A stretch of DNA of 63,921 bases, filler included, from Reticulomyxa filosa (Eukaryota > Protista > Foraminifera): assembly GCA_000512085.1 (NCBI GenBank). It is 21 parts of 21 records of this genome, joined end to end, with 100 filler letters (N's around TTAATTAATTAA, not from the genome) between each part and the next. Parts side by side here need not be neighbours in the genome. Positions count along the whole stretch, not along the records: positions 52,979 to 58,429 come from ASPP01048481.1; positions 58,530 to 59,530 come from ASPP01028105.1; positions 59,631 to 61,245 come from ASPP01022723.1; positions 61,346 to 63,921 come from ASPP01024257.1; 17 more parts are not named here. The stretch is one strand, 5' to 3'. Positions 52,979-63,921 of this stretch are shown one piece after another. Under the pieces are notes generated by a model that ran no database searches, was not told where the DNA came from, and saw only the letters and a list, made by a program, of their open reading frames with translations. The stretch's first letter is position 1; the number at the start of each line of letters is the position of its first letter. The position numbers and the translations under genes are program-made.

Positions 52979-54516
52979 CATAAATGCACGGAAAATGTAC
53001 ATAGTTGTCAAATTACTTGTCGGGCTTGTGGCTACTATTGCACTAAGCCATTTGGGCACAGTGGCAAACATCACACAGAACACGGAAATATGTTGCACTC
53101 CACATTCATTGTTGAAAACAATAACTCCGTTGAATTTAAAGCACAAACAAAGAAAAAGGTTAAGGACTCCACCACAGCAATTGAAAAAGAAGTAATTGAA
53201 GACACTGTTCGTGTGTATACCACTGGAGACACTGCAGAGGCTGAAATTTGTGATTTCTTTTGCGAGAAAATGGGAAGAGGGCACTTTCATTTGATCAAAT
53301 GTAACCATCCTGGTGAAAGTTGCGATATTGTACACACTACACAAAACAATGAGTCTTTTTATTTGCGAAGACATGCAAACCCAGAGGAGTGTGGAGGAAG
53401 AATTGACTTGGACAAAGTCACGCACGAGTATTATTGGGAAAAATGCTTGAAATTTGAAGATCCTTGTCAACCTTTATTGCAGAAACAATTTGAAAGATGC
53501 AGTCATTATTGTCCTCATCCAGATCATGAAAAAACCAAAGACGAATGTGATGAGGTCAAGAAATCTTATTGCGCAGAAAGACTGTGGCACGATCCTGTGA
53601 CAGAACAAAAGAGTAATGCCACTAACACTACTGTTATGGATGGTCATGTTTTCACATGTTCTCATCACTCTAGCGACTATCATGCATTAAGAAATTTTTT
53701 TTTCTGGCCTATTCCCTTCACATGTTCTCATCGCTCTAGCGACTATCATGTGTTAAGAAATTTTTTTTTCTGGCCTATTTCCTTCACAAAAAAACGTATT
53801 TTTGTTCACAAATATCTATCAAAGGATTTTTACCATTGATGTCAGCGGAAGTATGGCCTCTGCTGATGTTAGAGCCAAAAGAAAAGAAACAAAGGATTAC
53901 AAGTCTATTTTTAATGCATGTGGTCTTGACAACAGATTGGGTGCGGCGTATGATGCCAGTTGAATATTTAAAACAAAACAACTTTTTGCTTAAACTTTGT
54001 GGGAAAAAAATGTATAAATATATAATACCCAAAATAGTTTACTCGTTTATTCAGCAACGATGGCAAACAGGACATAGAGACACAGGAACATTCATATTTT
54101 ATGAGAGTACAGCCAAAATTATTAAAGAAAACATAGCATTCAATCAAGATTTAGTTAGTACTATTCTTTATCCTGCTCATGTGCCATGGGGAGGTACATC
54201 GTTTGTTAACGCCATTCGTTGCGTCTACGATGTTGTGAAACGAAATGCATCAAAGCATATTGTCCTTATTTTTTTGACTGATGGTGAAGATGGAGATAAT
54301 GGAGCTTCTGAACTCTTGGCAGAAATCAAAGCATTTTGCTCCAATGGATTTCATTTCTTCCCTTGTATTCTCAGCACATGGAAGAGCTCTACTTTAGATA
54401 AGATGGCAAGCTCAGTTGATGCAACAGTAAAAGAAAATTTGGATGCAAATAGTTTGGAAACTCATTTTGTTGGAATTGCAAAGAGACTTACTAATATTTC
54501 ATTTACCCAAGATTAG
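52979..54516 (+). CDS. C-terminus of a large Cys/His-rich + VWA domain protein; introns 53752-53824, 53959-54037
   Basis: CRACGYYCTKPFGH..HHTEHGNM, CEKMGRGHFHLIKC, HEYYW..FEDP, CSHYCP, SYC..LWH, DGHVFTC, then MIDAS YHV|IFTIDVSGSM, GGTSF, FLTDGE. Confidence 0.85.
53651..53787 (+). repeat. 66-bp tandem duplication spanning an exon/intron junction
   Basis: TTCAC at 53651, 53717 and 53783; the two copies differ at 4 positions. Confidence 0.95.
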
Positions 54517-55003
54517 GATTTATTTGTGCCCAATGCTTAACTTTCTTTATTGTCTTATGAATATCGGCACATGAATTGTTGTATTTTCAGTGGACAAACT
54601 AGTTGTTTTAAGACATTATTTCGGTCTTGAAATGAATCCTTTTGCTGTTCAAATGAAAATTACTAATGTTTTCTCTCATACAGCGTTTTTTTAAAAAGAA
54701 AAAGAAGACTTTAGATAGTTTAAAAAGTGGCAATGAAAATAATAAGTTATTCATTTTGAGATGGAAAGAGTTTAATATTTTTATTAAAAAACAACAAAAT
54801 ATCATGACGAGAAAGTGATCATCGTCAAATTTTTTAGAAGACGCTATATAAGATCGTATAGGATGCATTTGGAAGATTAAAGCAAACACTTTTTGTATCT
54901 TTCACATCCAGCTATCAACTTCTGATCAACGTCATTTCCTTGTTTATTTTAATTATCTAGAGCAATAATGGATTTGCCGCATGATCGAATGGTTATTGAA
55001 GCA

Positions 55004-55090
55004 AGTATGCGACGCAAAATTTTCACCTGACGACCAGCTTATTATATCATGTTCAGCTGACACAACATTTGAATATGAGATATAAAATTA
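55004..55090 (+). pseudogene. Isolated WD40 repeat remnant
   Basis: VCDAKFSPDDQLIISCSADTT followed by a frameshift and stop. Confidence 0.6.
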
Positions 55091-57924
55091 GAAGAACTAC
55101 AACAACTAAATAGACATTCACACTGTTGTAGGGAAAGTCCAATTTTAAGTGTTAAAGGAACGGTAGCCTCGGTGGGTTAAAACCTTCTGCAAATACAACT
55201 TGCTTTCGTCTTGTTGTTTTTGCTCGTTTTTCCTTATTGTGTTGTAATTATTTGTTTTAATTTAATCCTTTCACTGAAATTGATTTTTGGAACTAAATTC
55301 CTTTCGTATACACTTAATCCACCTCACTATCCCTACACTGTACCACAGGGGTAGATATTTTATCAGTGTCTCAACTTTGTGAGCACATTAATCGTTGTTA
55401 TTGTTCAATTTAAATAATATTTTTTTCCTCTTTTTTTTTTAAAGCGAACATCGTTTTGAAAAAATCTTAAAATAAAATCAAGCCAGTGAAATTCAAACAT
55501 GATAATGATTCTTGGCAGAAACAATTTAACTGTGGAAGAGATTGCAAATTCTCAAAATAAATTTAAAAAACAATAATTTATAAGTCAGTCGATATAAGTT
55601 TTATACCATTCTTCAAAGAACTTATTTTTTTGAACAGATTGTTCCTTTCAATAAAACTACTGCTATTTCAGCGCTTTTTTAATGAACCGAAACAAAATCG
55701 ACTTGCTTTATTAAAAATGGTTGCAAATGAAAACAAAGTAGAAAGCAATCACAAAGTTGAACAAGTAAACTTACTTGGAAATTTAAGTTCCACTTGGTTG
55801 TATAGTATACAATCATGAAATTTTAATATGCAGTGACTGTAAAAACTTACAACAAAAAAATGAGTACATACACCTTCTGAATGTTTGATACACATTTCAA
55901 CTTTTAAGTGAAAAAAATAGTTTTCTATATGCTTAAATAAAACTGTCATTTTTAAAACACTAAAAAAAATTTAAAAATGACCAGATTCAAAAAATGTGAT
56001 CAAATAGAATATCAAATATTTTTCAATATTCATATAGAATTACTTAATGGATTTTGGAAGTCAAAATTGCATCACCATAAGAAGAAGCAAAAAACGTAGA
56101 AATTTTTTCAAGTTTGATAAATAATAGATGATGAATTGATGATATGATAATATGCCTGTAAGCATCAACTATGGAAAAATATAAAGTCAAAATAGATTCT
56201 TTTTAAACAAAACAAAAATAGATCGACAAAAGTACTGGTAAATTGTCATTATAAATATGTATATTACAATCATCACGTTACCAACAATGTATTGGTTTTT
56301 TGCCAAATCACATCACTAACAACAAATACAGTAGCAAAATTGTAGATAAATAACAAATTCAATAGACACTTCTTTTTTAAAAGTATATGTTTTATCCATG
56401 CAAGACATTTTTAAAAAGAATGATTGTTATTCAAACTGTCGAATTCAGTAATAATTGAACTCAGAAGCAGTGTGAGCACAAACAGCAATGCTTCTGTTTA
56501 CAAAATTAAACATAGACGATGTTATTGGACAATCACACAAAATAATTCGAAGATCTTCTAGACAAAGAACAAGTAATACAACTTTAAAAAGCTACAGTGA
56601 ACATAAAGTCTGTAAAAAACATTTCCTAGAATTCCTCAATAGCGATCACAGCTTTATCTGGAATATTGGCTGCTTTTTGTATTCAAAATAACTATTGCTG
56701 TTAGTAAGTGTAGTGAGTCGCTGCCAATATTTCAGCTAGTATTTGATTGCATCAATTGTTTTATTGAGAAAGCTGACATACAATTGAGTCTTCTGAATAT
56801 CATATTTGCGTGTATGTTTGACATAAGACAATCAACATTTGAAACAAAAAATGTTCCACCCACGAATACACCCAAAAAGGAAGTACTCTTGCTGGCTTTT
56901 CAATAAACAACACTCAATATCAATTCCAAATCTAAAAAAGAGCCAAAATTAAAATTATGTTAAAAAAACGTGACAGTAAAATAAATAATCGAAAGGGTGT
57001 AGTTCCATTTTTTTAATTTTTTTATCTTTAATCTTTGTTTTTGAAAATCAACTGTCCACAAAAAAGATGATTTTCTATCAAAACATCCTCATGTATTGCT
57101 TGGAAAAAAGAACAAAAGGATTCACGCCAATTTTTTTTTACGTGAGTTATTTCATTTTCTTTTATCTTTATTAACTTGAAATACGTTAAGACGCTTTGTG
57201 TTGTACTTGTAAATCGCTTAGTAAATTCTATTCACTAAAAAGATTGAATTCCCAAAAGAACCAAAAATGAATCAATGAAATTGACGTATTTATTACTTTG
57301 CTACACGACCAATTATTTTCGAAAGGATTACGCTATGTCAATCACAATGCAACATTAATAATAAATCAAATCCAGATTATGGGACAAGTACAAAGACAAC
57401 AAAAATCATGCTTATGCTTCATAACAATCACAAAAACTTCTTTGAACATAGACTGGCAAGAATTAAAATTATTTTTACTCTAGCGTAGTGTGATATACGG
57501 GAATCCTTTTTTCAAATCTGGATTATCCTTAAATTACAGTAGAATGCAAAGTAAAGTTGATACATAAAACGGCACCTTATAGAGCTGCTTGATTTTCTTC
57601 ATGAAAAAACAACATTCAGACCTAATTTTTTTAAAAAATATCTACAAATCGTGTATTTTTTAAATATCATTTTGGTTTTTTATTAAATCTTTACTAATTA
57701 TTTCAATATTTTATCATTTATTTTTCTTTTCTTTTTTTTTTTAGCTAAATGTAATTCAATATTTGCTTTTTTAATTATTTTTTGAAAATTACTAAAGGAT
57801 TGAGAATTTTAACAAAATACATGCTATTGAGCTGTTGCGTCATTGCTGGAGTTTGCGCAAAGTTTCAAAACAATTTTATGTAAGTCATGAATGTGTACGT
57901 AAACCGAAGCTGATGTCCATCATA

Positions 57925-58390
57925 AAAATATCAAATTTGTAGTGGAAGTATAATCGTGTGGTCTTGCTTTGGAGTGTTGAAACCTGTTTATGCATGTAAC
58001 ATTAATTGATGTGTAAATGCATATATTTACAAAGAAATTCTAGTTGATGAAATGCTCAAAAAGCATTAATTGGTGTTTAGAAGATAATGAAAATTGTATA
58101 TTTCAGCAAGATAATGCTACCAGTCACACAGATATTACAGCAAAAAAAAGTTTGAACAAAATTTTATCAAAGTATTGAATTTTAATAAAATTCTCCAGAC
58201 CTGAACAAAATCGAAAATATGTGGTGGATAGTGAAAACGAAAGTATTCAAAAATGGACCATTTGGATTAAAAGAAGAACTCCGGAAACAATTTAAATTAA
58301 AATGGAAAAAAATGACAAAGAAACATGCATAAACTTAACAAAATCAATGCCAAAAAAATACAAGCAGTATACAATGCAAAAAGTAAGGCA
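57925..58390 (+). mobile_element. Degenerate Tc1/mariner (IS630-Tc1-mariner) transposase, catalytic C-half
   Basis: Frameshifted pieces GSIIVWSCFG, NAYIYKEILVDEML, CIFQQDNATSH, NSPDLNKIENMWWIVK, LTKSMPK; D-to-E spacing is ~34 after correcting two frameshifts. Confidence 0.85.
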
Positions 58391-59630
58391 CGATTGTCAA
58401 CTTTTTCTCGAAAATTTTCAAAAATGAATNNNNNNNNNNNNNNNNNNNNNNNNNNNNNNNNNNNNNNNNNNNNTTAATTAATTAANNNNNNNNNNNNNNN
58501 NNNNNNNNNNNNNNNNNNNNNNNNNNNNNAGTGACAATTTTAATGCGACAACTAAACACTATGTCGTTCGGATAAAAGAATTCATCGACGTTCTGTCTCG
58601 GTTTTCTTTTTGTCCCTTTTCATTGCTTCCATGTACACACTGTAGATAGAGATGTATCTACACCTACGTATTACAATACGTATATATGTACATACATATT
58701 TCCAAAAGTGGACAAAACACGAAGTCGAGGTGGTCGTCGATTATTGGAGTCGGTGTGAAGTGACTCGAGTTGGTTGGATCAATGATTTCAAAAAAATCAT
58801 AATGGCTTTTGCCATATGACCACATTAAACACGTTTCTTTATGCGTCCTTTTCGCCGATGAAAAAAAAAAAAAAGCAAGTTCGGATGGTCCTTTTTATTC
58901 AACTGTAATGAGCTTAGCTGGTGTCAAGAAAAGTATAAACAGAACAGAGGAGTGACTTGGAGGCGCTCACAAAGATGGAAGCGCTTTGAAAGCTTTTTAA
59001 AAGAAATATTACATCTGATAATTAACACAAAGAGGCATGATCCATTTACATAAACGATGACAAGTTTACAAACAGTTTCTGTCTAATCTTTTAGCAGTTT
59101 GGTTTTCGATTGGTACGGTGCATACATTCGCTAACAAAAATAATGTACAATCATCTATTCCTTGTGAGAAACATGAGAGTTTGGTCTTCAATTTTAAGAT
59201 TAAAAAAATCTCAACCACAATAAAAAAAACAAGAGAGATCGATCACACTTAATTTCTCGAAAAAAAAAACAACGAAGATGACGATGTTTCAAAACAATGT
59301 CTCCAGCAAAACAAACATATTTGTCATCAACCACGAAGAATAGCAAAAAAAGAAGCTGGCATTAATTAACAAAAAAAGGAAAAGCCAGTTATTGTTGATC
59401 TGTGTCAGCTCTGTCATGTTCATCTTGCAAAGAGCAATGATAATGGATGGGAAAAAATCCTGAAGGATAAGACTGTGTGGCAAGAGTGGAAGCAGATCTA
59501 TTGGATATTCGACGATATTTTTTATTGAGANNNNNNNNNNNNNNNNNNNNNNNNNNNNNNNNNNNNNNNNNNNNTTAATTAATTAANNNNNNNNNNNNNN
59601 NNNNNNNNNNNNNNNNNNNNNNNNNNNNNN

Positions 59631-60140
59631 ATCCAATGTGTGTCCATTGAATATTTTTAATTGCTTATTACGCTTGAAATCCCAAAAACGAATTGTTGTA
59701 TCACTTGATGAAGAACAAATGGCATTTTGATGATGATTATAATAATGATATGATGAAAATTTTACACAATTCACAGAATTTGAATGTCCATTGAATGATT
59801 GAATTTGTTTGTTGTTATCAACATCCCATACACGAACTGTTTTATCACTTGATCCAGAACAAATAAATAGACAATCATCAAATATTGCATAATCAATGCT
59901 CCACACATTGCTTGCATGTCCGTGAATGTATTGATTAATTTGGACGATGAACGAAATGTGTCAAATATGAAGACAGTAGATACCTTGTTAAATAATATTG
60001 TAATGTTTTTATTGACATTTAAGAAAAGAAAGAATAGATAAACTAACATAATTGGCAACGAGTTTATCAAAATCTTTGATCCATCCTAATTTAATGTTTA
60101 ATGTTCGAATCCAATGACGAATAATGATTTGGACTTCTTT
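59631..60140 (-). pseudogene. HWIR..GWI module + WD40 gene with a 1-nt frameshift (pseudogene or assembly error)
   Basis: EEVQIIIRHWIRTLNIKLGWIKDFDKLVANY, FDTFRSSSKLINTF/(T)GHASNVWSIDY, ICSGSSDKTVRVWD. Confidence 0.7.
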
Positions 60141-61347
60141 TTCTTTTGACTATTTCAATTATGTGTAATGACACTAAATAAAAGAATAATAAAAGCGTAA
60201 AAGACAACTTAGATTTAACTTTCATTGATAAGTTTAAGTTGATTCTTGAGCTTTTTTTAGTCTTTTCTTGATATGTTTTTTGATGATGCAAGACGAAAAA
60301 AATGTTTGAACTTTTGTTTAAAAAAAGAAAAAACTGAACTAATGTGTACACAAGAAACATTTTGAAATGAAAGATAAGTGTAACAACAATTTTACAATGC
60401 AAAAATTTTGAAATTAAAAAATAGAAAAAAGGTGACTTATTTTTGAATTTTGTATTAAATCTGTATACGCAGAAATGCTTTTCAGAATAAATTGTAATAT
60501 TTGTGAATGTAATAAGTAAGTCTTCATATTTATAATTATTCCTTTAATGCTAACAATTTCAATTCAATTTTCATATTTCATTAAAAAGGCAAAGATACAA
60601 TGTTAATTTCCATAAATGTTCTTAAGCAAGTTCTTCAAATGTCTGTTCTTTCATTTTTATCAGTGTTTTTCTTTTCCACTTTGTATTTTGTTATTGTAAC
60701 TCAGATGAAAAAAACAAGAATAAAACAATACGCAATTTATTAACTTCTTTTTTTCGTGATTAGATAAGATTCGTTTTTCTTTATCAATGAAATCTTTTTT
60801 AATCAATATCTGCACGATACTTGAGTAATTCTTGCTGATAACCCCTTTCCATTTGTTTGATTTGATTATTTTTCAATTGCATTTTTTGTTTTATTTAACA
60901 TGTTACACCCAAAAACAGTCATGTAGAATTTCTTTTAGGGAAAAAAAATATTGGAAAGATTTTTAAAAATTTCTATGTATTAAATCTATAATAAAACTTT
61001 GCAATATACCTTTAAATACAAATAAATCAAAAATTAGTTTCTTTCACACGTTTTAACTGACAAAAAAAAATCAGAAACACAGCAGGACATTTTCTTTACT
61101 GAATTACATTTTGAAGGTAAAATGTCCCTGAGATGCTGGTGATTTGAAAAATATAATAGAAAGTTATCTATTTTATTTTCTTTTATTGTGCACTAAATTG
61201 CAACAAAATCATTACTAGTTTTTTCTTGAACGTATTTATGGACTANNNNNNNNNNNNNNNNNNNNNNNNNNNNNNNNNNNNNNNNNNNNTTAATTAATTA
61301 ANNNNNNNNNNNNNNNNNNNNNNNNNNNNNNNNNNNNNNNNNNNNGG

Positions 61348-62028
61348 GATGTTGAAACATCAAAATCATTACATGTTTTCGATGGACATCAAAATGTTGT
61401 AAATTGTGTTGATATTTCACCATTGCAAAACAATAACAATAACAAGAATAATAATAATAAAAGTAATAGTATTGGTGTGATTGGTGGTAATGGATATACT
61501 ATTTGTTCTGGATCATGGGACATTCGAATATGGGATATTGAAACAACCGAACAATTGAATGTATTCAAGGGACATGATAATTTTATTTGTAGTGTAAAAT
61601 ATGGATCAAATGAATTAGTAAATACAATATTATCTGGATCAAGAGATAAAAGTGTTCGCTTATGGGATATTCGATCTGGTCAACAAATTCAAGCGTTCAA
61701 TGGACATAACGATTGGGTGTACGCAGTTGAATATTCACCATTTGTAGTAAAGAATGATGAAATTGATGGTAGTTCAAATGTGATATGTTCTGGATCAAGA
61801 GATAATACAATTCGTTTTTGGGATATTCGATCAAATAAGAATGAATTGCATATGATCAAAGGAGATAGTGGAATAAAATGTCTTAAATTTATACAATTGA
61901 AAAAGAATGAGAAAAGAAATGAAAATAAAAAGAGTGATTGTAGTTATAATTTGTGTTATGGTTTATTGAAAGGTCCCATTCATATTTGGGGAGAAGCTTC
62001 TTTGTCAGCAGGATGGTTGTTTTATTGA
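61348..62028 (+). CDS. WD40-repeat protein, C-terminal part with Asn-rich loop
   Basis: GHQNVVNCVDISP, GH..CSVKYGS..ILSGSRDKSVRLWD, ICSGSRDNTIRFWD. Confidence 0.85.
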   Translation, partial: DVETSKSLHVFDGHQNVVNCVDISPLQNNNNNKNNNNKSNSIGVIGGNGYTICSGSWDIRIWDIETTEQLNVFKGHDNFICSVKYGSNELVNTILSGSRDKSVRLWDIRSGQQIQAFNGHNDWVYAVEYSPFVVKNDEIDGSSNVICSGSRDNTIRFWDIRSNKNELHMIKGDSGIKCLKFIQLKKNEKRNENKKSDCSYNLCYGLLKGPIHIWGEASLSAGWLFY

Positions 62029-63921
62029 ATGAGGATGGATAAAGGAAAAAAAATTGAAATATTGATTGTGTGATTTTGAATTAAAAAAAATAAAATGTAT
62101 GGATTTGAAGATTTATTATATGAAAGAAATCACATTTATTAAAAAAATACCTTTCAGTTTATTCAATCAAATAAACGAATAATAATATAAAGATTGATCA
62201 TTTTGGTAGCTCAAAAGTAAATAGATTGTTGTCTATTGTGATGGTGTAAAATTTATTTGCACATATTTAAGATAAGTTTTGATAGAAACAATATTCAACC
62301 AATATTTTTTTGAAAATAAAGTAGTTTGCAAAAAAAACAGCACACATAAAATGCTATTTTATGAAGATGATCAATTTTCTCAAACAATTACCTTAATTTT
62401 TTTTAATATATACAAATATTGAAGTTTTTAAATTGACACTGGCTTTTAAATAAAGTCATTCTATGTTAAACAATTTTTTCTTTTTATAATTTGAAAATTT
62501 TTTAAATATTGTTACTTTGTTAGATTTCCTTTGGTGTCAATAATAGCTTGCATTTGTTTTGGCATAGACTGAATTAAGCTTTTACATATGTCTTTTTCTA
62601 TTGCCTAGATCATGCGAATTTGGAGTGGACTTAATCAAGTTCATTTTTTTTGTTCAATCCACTTAGGTTCTGTTTTGTATTGTGTGTTTTGTGTTCTTAT
62701 AAAAACAATCAGTTTTATTGTATAAACAATATGGAATGCTTTTTAGCATTTCATCATATATATTTCTTTATAAACTGTCAAATCTTATACAAATCACAAA
62801 TTTAAATACAAAAAAAAGAAGGATCTTAATAAAGTAGAATTTTAGGTTTCATTTTTTTTTTTGCAAACTGCTGAAGGCGAAATTGCAAAATAAAGAAAAG
62901 TGTTTTTCTCAAGTTTTAAAAGAGATACGGTTGCAGTCAAAGTGTTCAAATGCTGCGAATTTTCATTCGTTTTTTTATTTAAATGCAAATATCTTCATAA
63001 TGAAAAAAGATAATTTTCTGAAAATTGATAGTAGTTATATCTAGAAATATGAAATTTTTTGATTTTTCAGATTGATAATTATAATCTATTTAATTTTCAA
63101 AATTATCAACTACGTACATATACTTTTGAATGTTTTATTAATCTTTTAGTTGAATGTTCTATTTGGAAAGGTGCATTTTTTTATAATCAACTGATGGTCA
63201 TTGAACAACATAACAATAACAAAGCAACACTGTTATGAATAATGAAAAACAATTGAAATATTAAAAAAAGTGATAACATTTGAAAGAATCTCAATGTATA
63301 ACTCCAATGGAAGATCTTAGATAAACGAAAGAACAAACGAAATGTTAAAACATAATTAGAGAAAGAAAGACATTGATATAAAATATTATTTAATTAAATG
63401 ACATAACATTGTTTGATAAATAATCTACCTTCATGTGAAAGATAGGTTGAAGTAGTCATCAATTCTCTTTTTGAGAAACAAAAAATAAAAGATTTTTGAA
63501 CAAGTCATCTTTTATTAAAATTACATATCAATTCAAAGAAACTTTTATTCAAAAAAAATTGGTAATACACTCTCATTTGTGATACTGTTGATTGAATTAT
63601 GTAAGTAACATTTTCGTGACAAGAGAATGTCTACTGTGAGAAACTTGCAAACATCGAATCCTCTGTCGATGCAGTAATGTAGATATATCACTCTTGTTCT
63701 TATTTATGTTTACTGAAGATTGGAAGACTATGTGTGAAGCAAGTTCATATGATAAAATAATCTTTTTGTGAATTTAAAAAAGTATTTTTGGAATGACTGC
63801 AAAAAATGATCATATATCACCAATATCACTTATTTCATAGAAAACAATCAGTTACAGTAAGTTGCAAAGAAAACTGGACGCCTAAAACATATATTATGAT
63901 GATAATTGATTTTCTCAATGA

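Noticed and set aside
55158-55190. tRNA- or SINE-like GGTAGCCTCGGTGGGTTAA
   Set aside because: No T-arm/B-box or acceptor stem follows.
62050-62220. Protein kinase remnant (LCDFE, IKIDHFGSSK)
   Set aside because: Two short DFG-like words in AT-rich DNA with no other kinase motifs.

Overview
This is not one locus. It is 21 short, very AT-rich eukaryotic contigs joined by 20 artificial 100-nt spacers (N44-TTAATTAATTAA-N44), so adjacency across a spacer means nothing. The gene families (expanded WD40, RING/TRAF-WD40, Kelch-WD40, NACHT-WD40, 7TM-RGS, many pseudogenes) and the homopolymer-rich introns suggest a foraminiferan such as Reticulomyxa filosa; that is my inference. The genetic code is standard. 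Recognisable, mostly partial, multi-exon genes: RGS C-terminus, glycine-rich protein, S10 serine carboxypeptidase, 7TM-RGS, REXO-type exonuclease, ILVBL/HACL2, RING/TRAF-coiled-coil, NACHT-pentapeptide-WD40, PDZ-PX, STT3, Kelch-WD40, DMT transporter, DH-PH-FYVE RhoGEF and a Cys/His-rich VWA protein. Also present: a decayed Tc1/mariner transposase, decayed CAP-Gly genes and a short dispersed repeat. The strongest cross-contig signal is an atypical intron grammar. Of 26 donors I delimited by hand, 19 are GTT and none is GTRAG. Many acceptors follow an oligo-A tract instead of a polypyrimidine tract, and many introns have T/GT-rich 5' halves complementary to A/AC-rich 3' halves, suggesting fold-back intron definition. 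The second signal is a modular, NLR-like/ubiquitin-adaptor beta-propeller repertoire that includes an unnamed ~35-aa 'HWIR..GWI.DF' module. All exon structures are manual, not transcript-verified.
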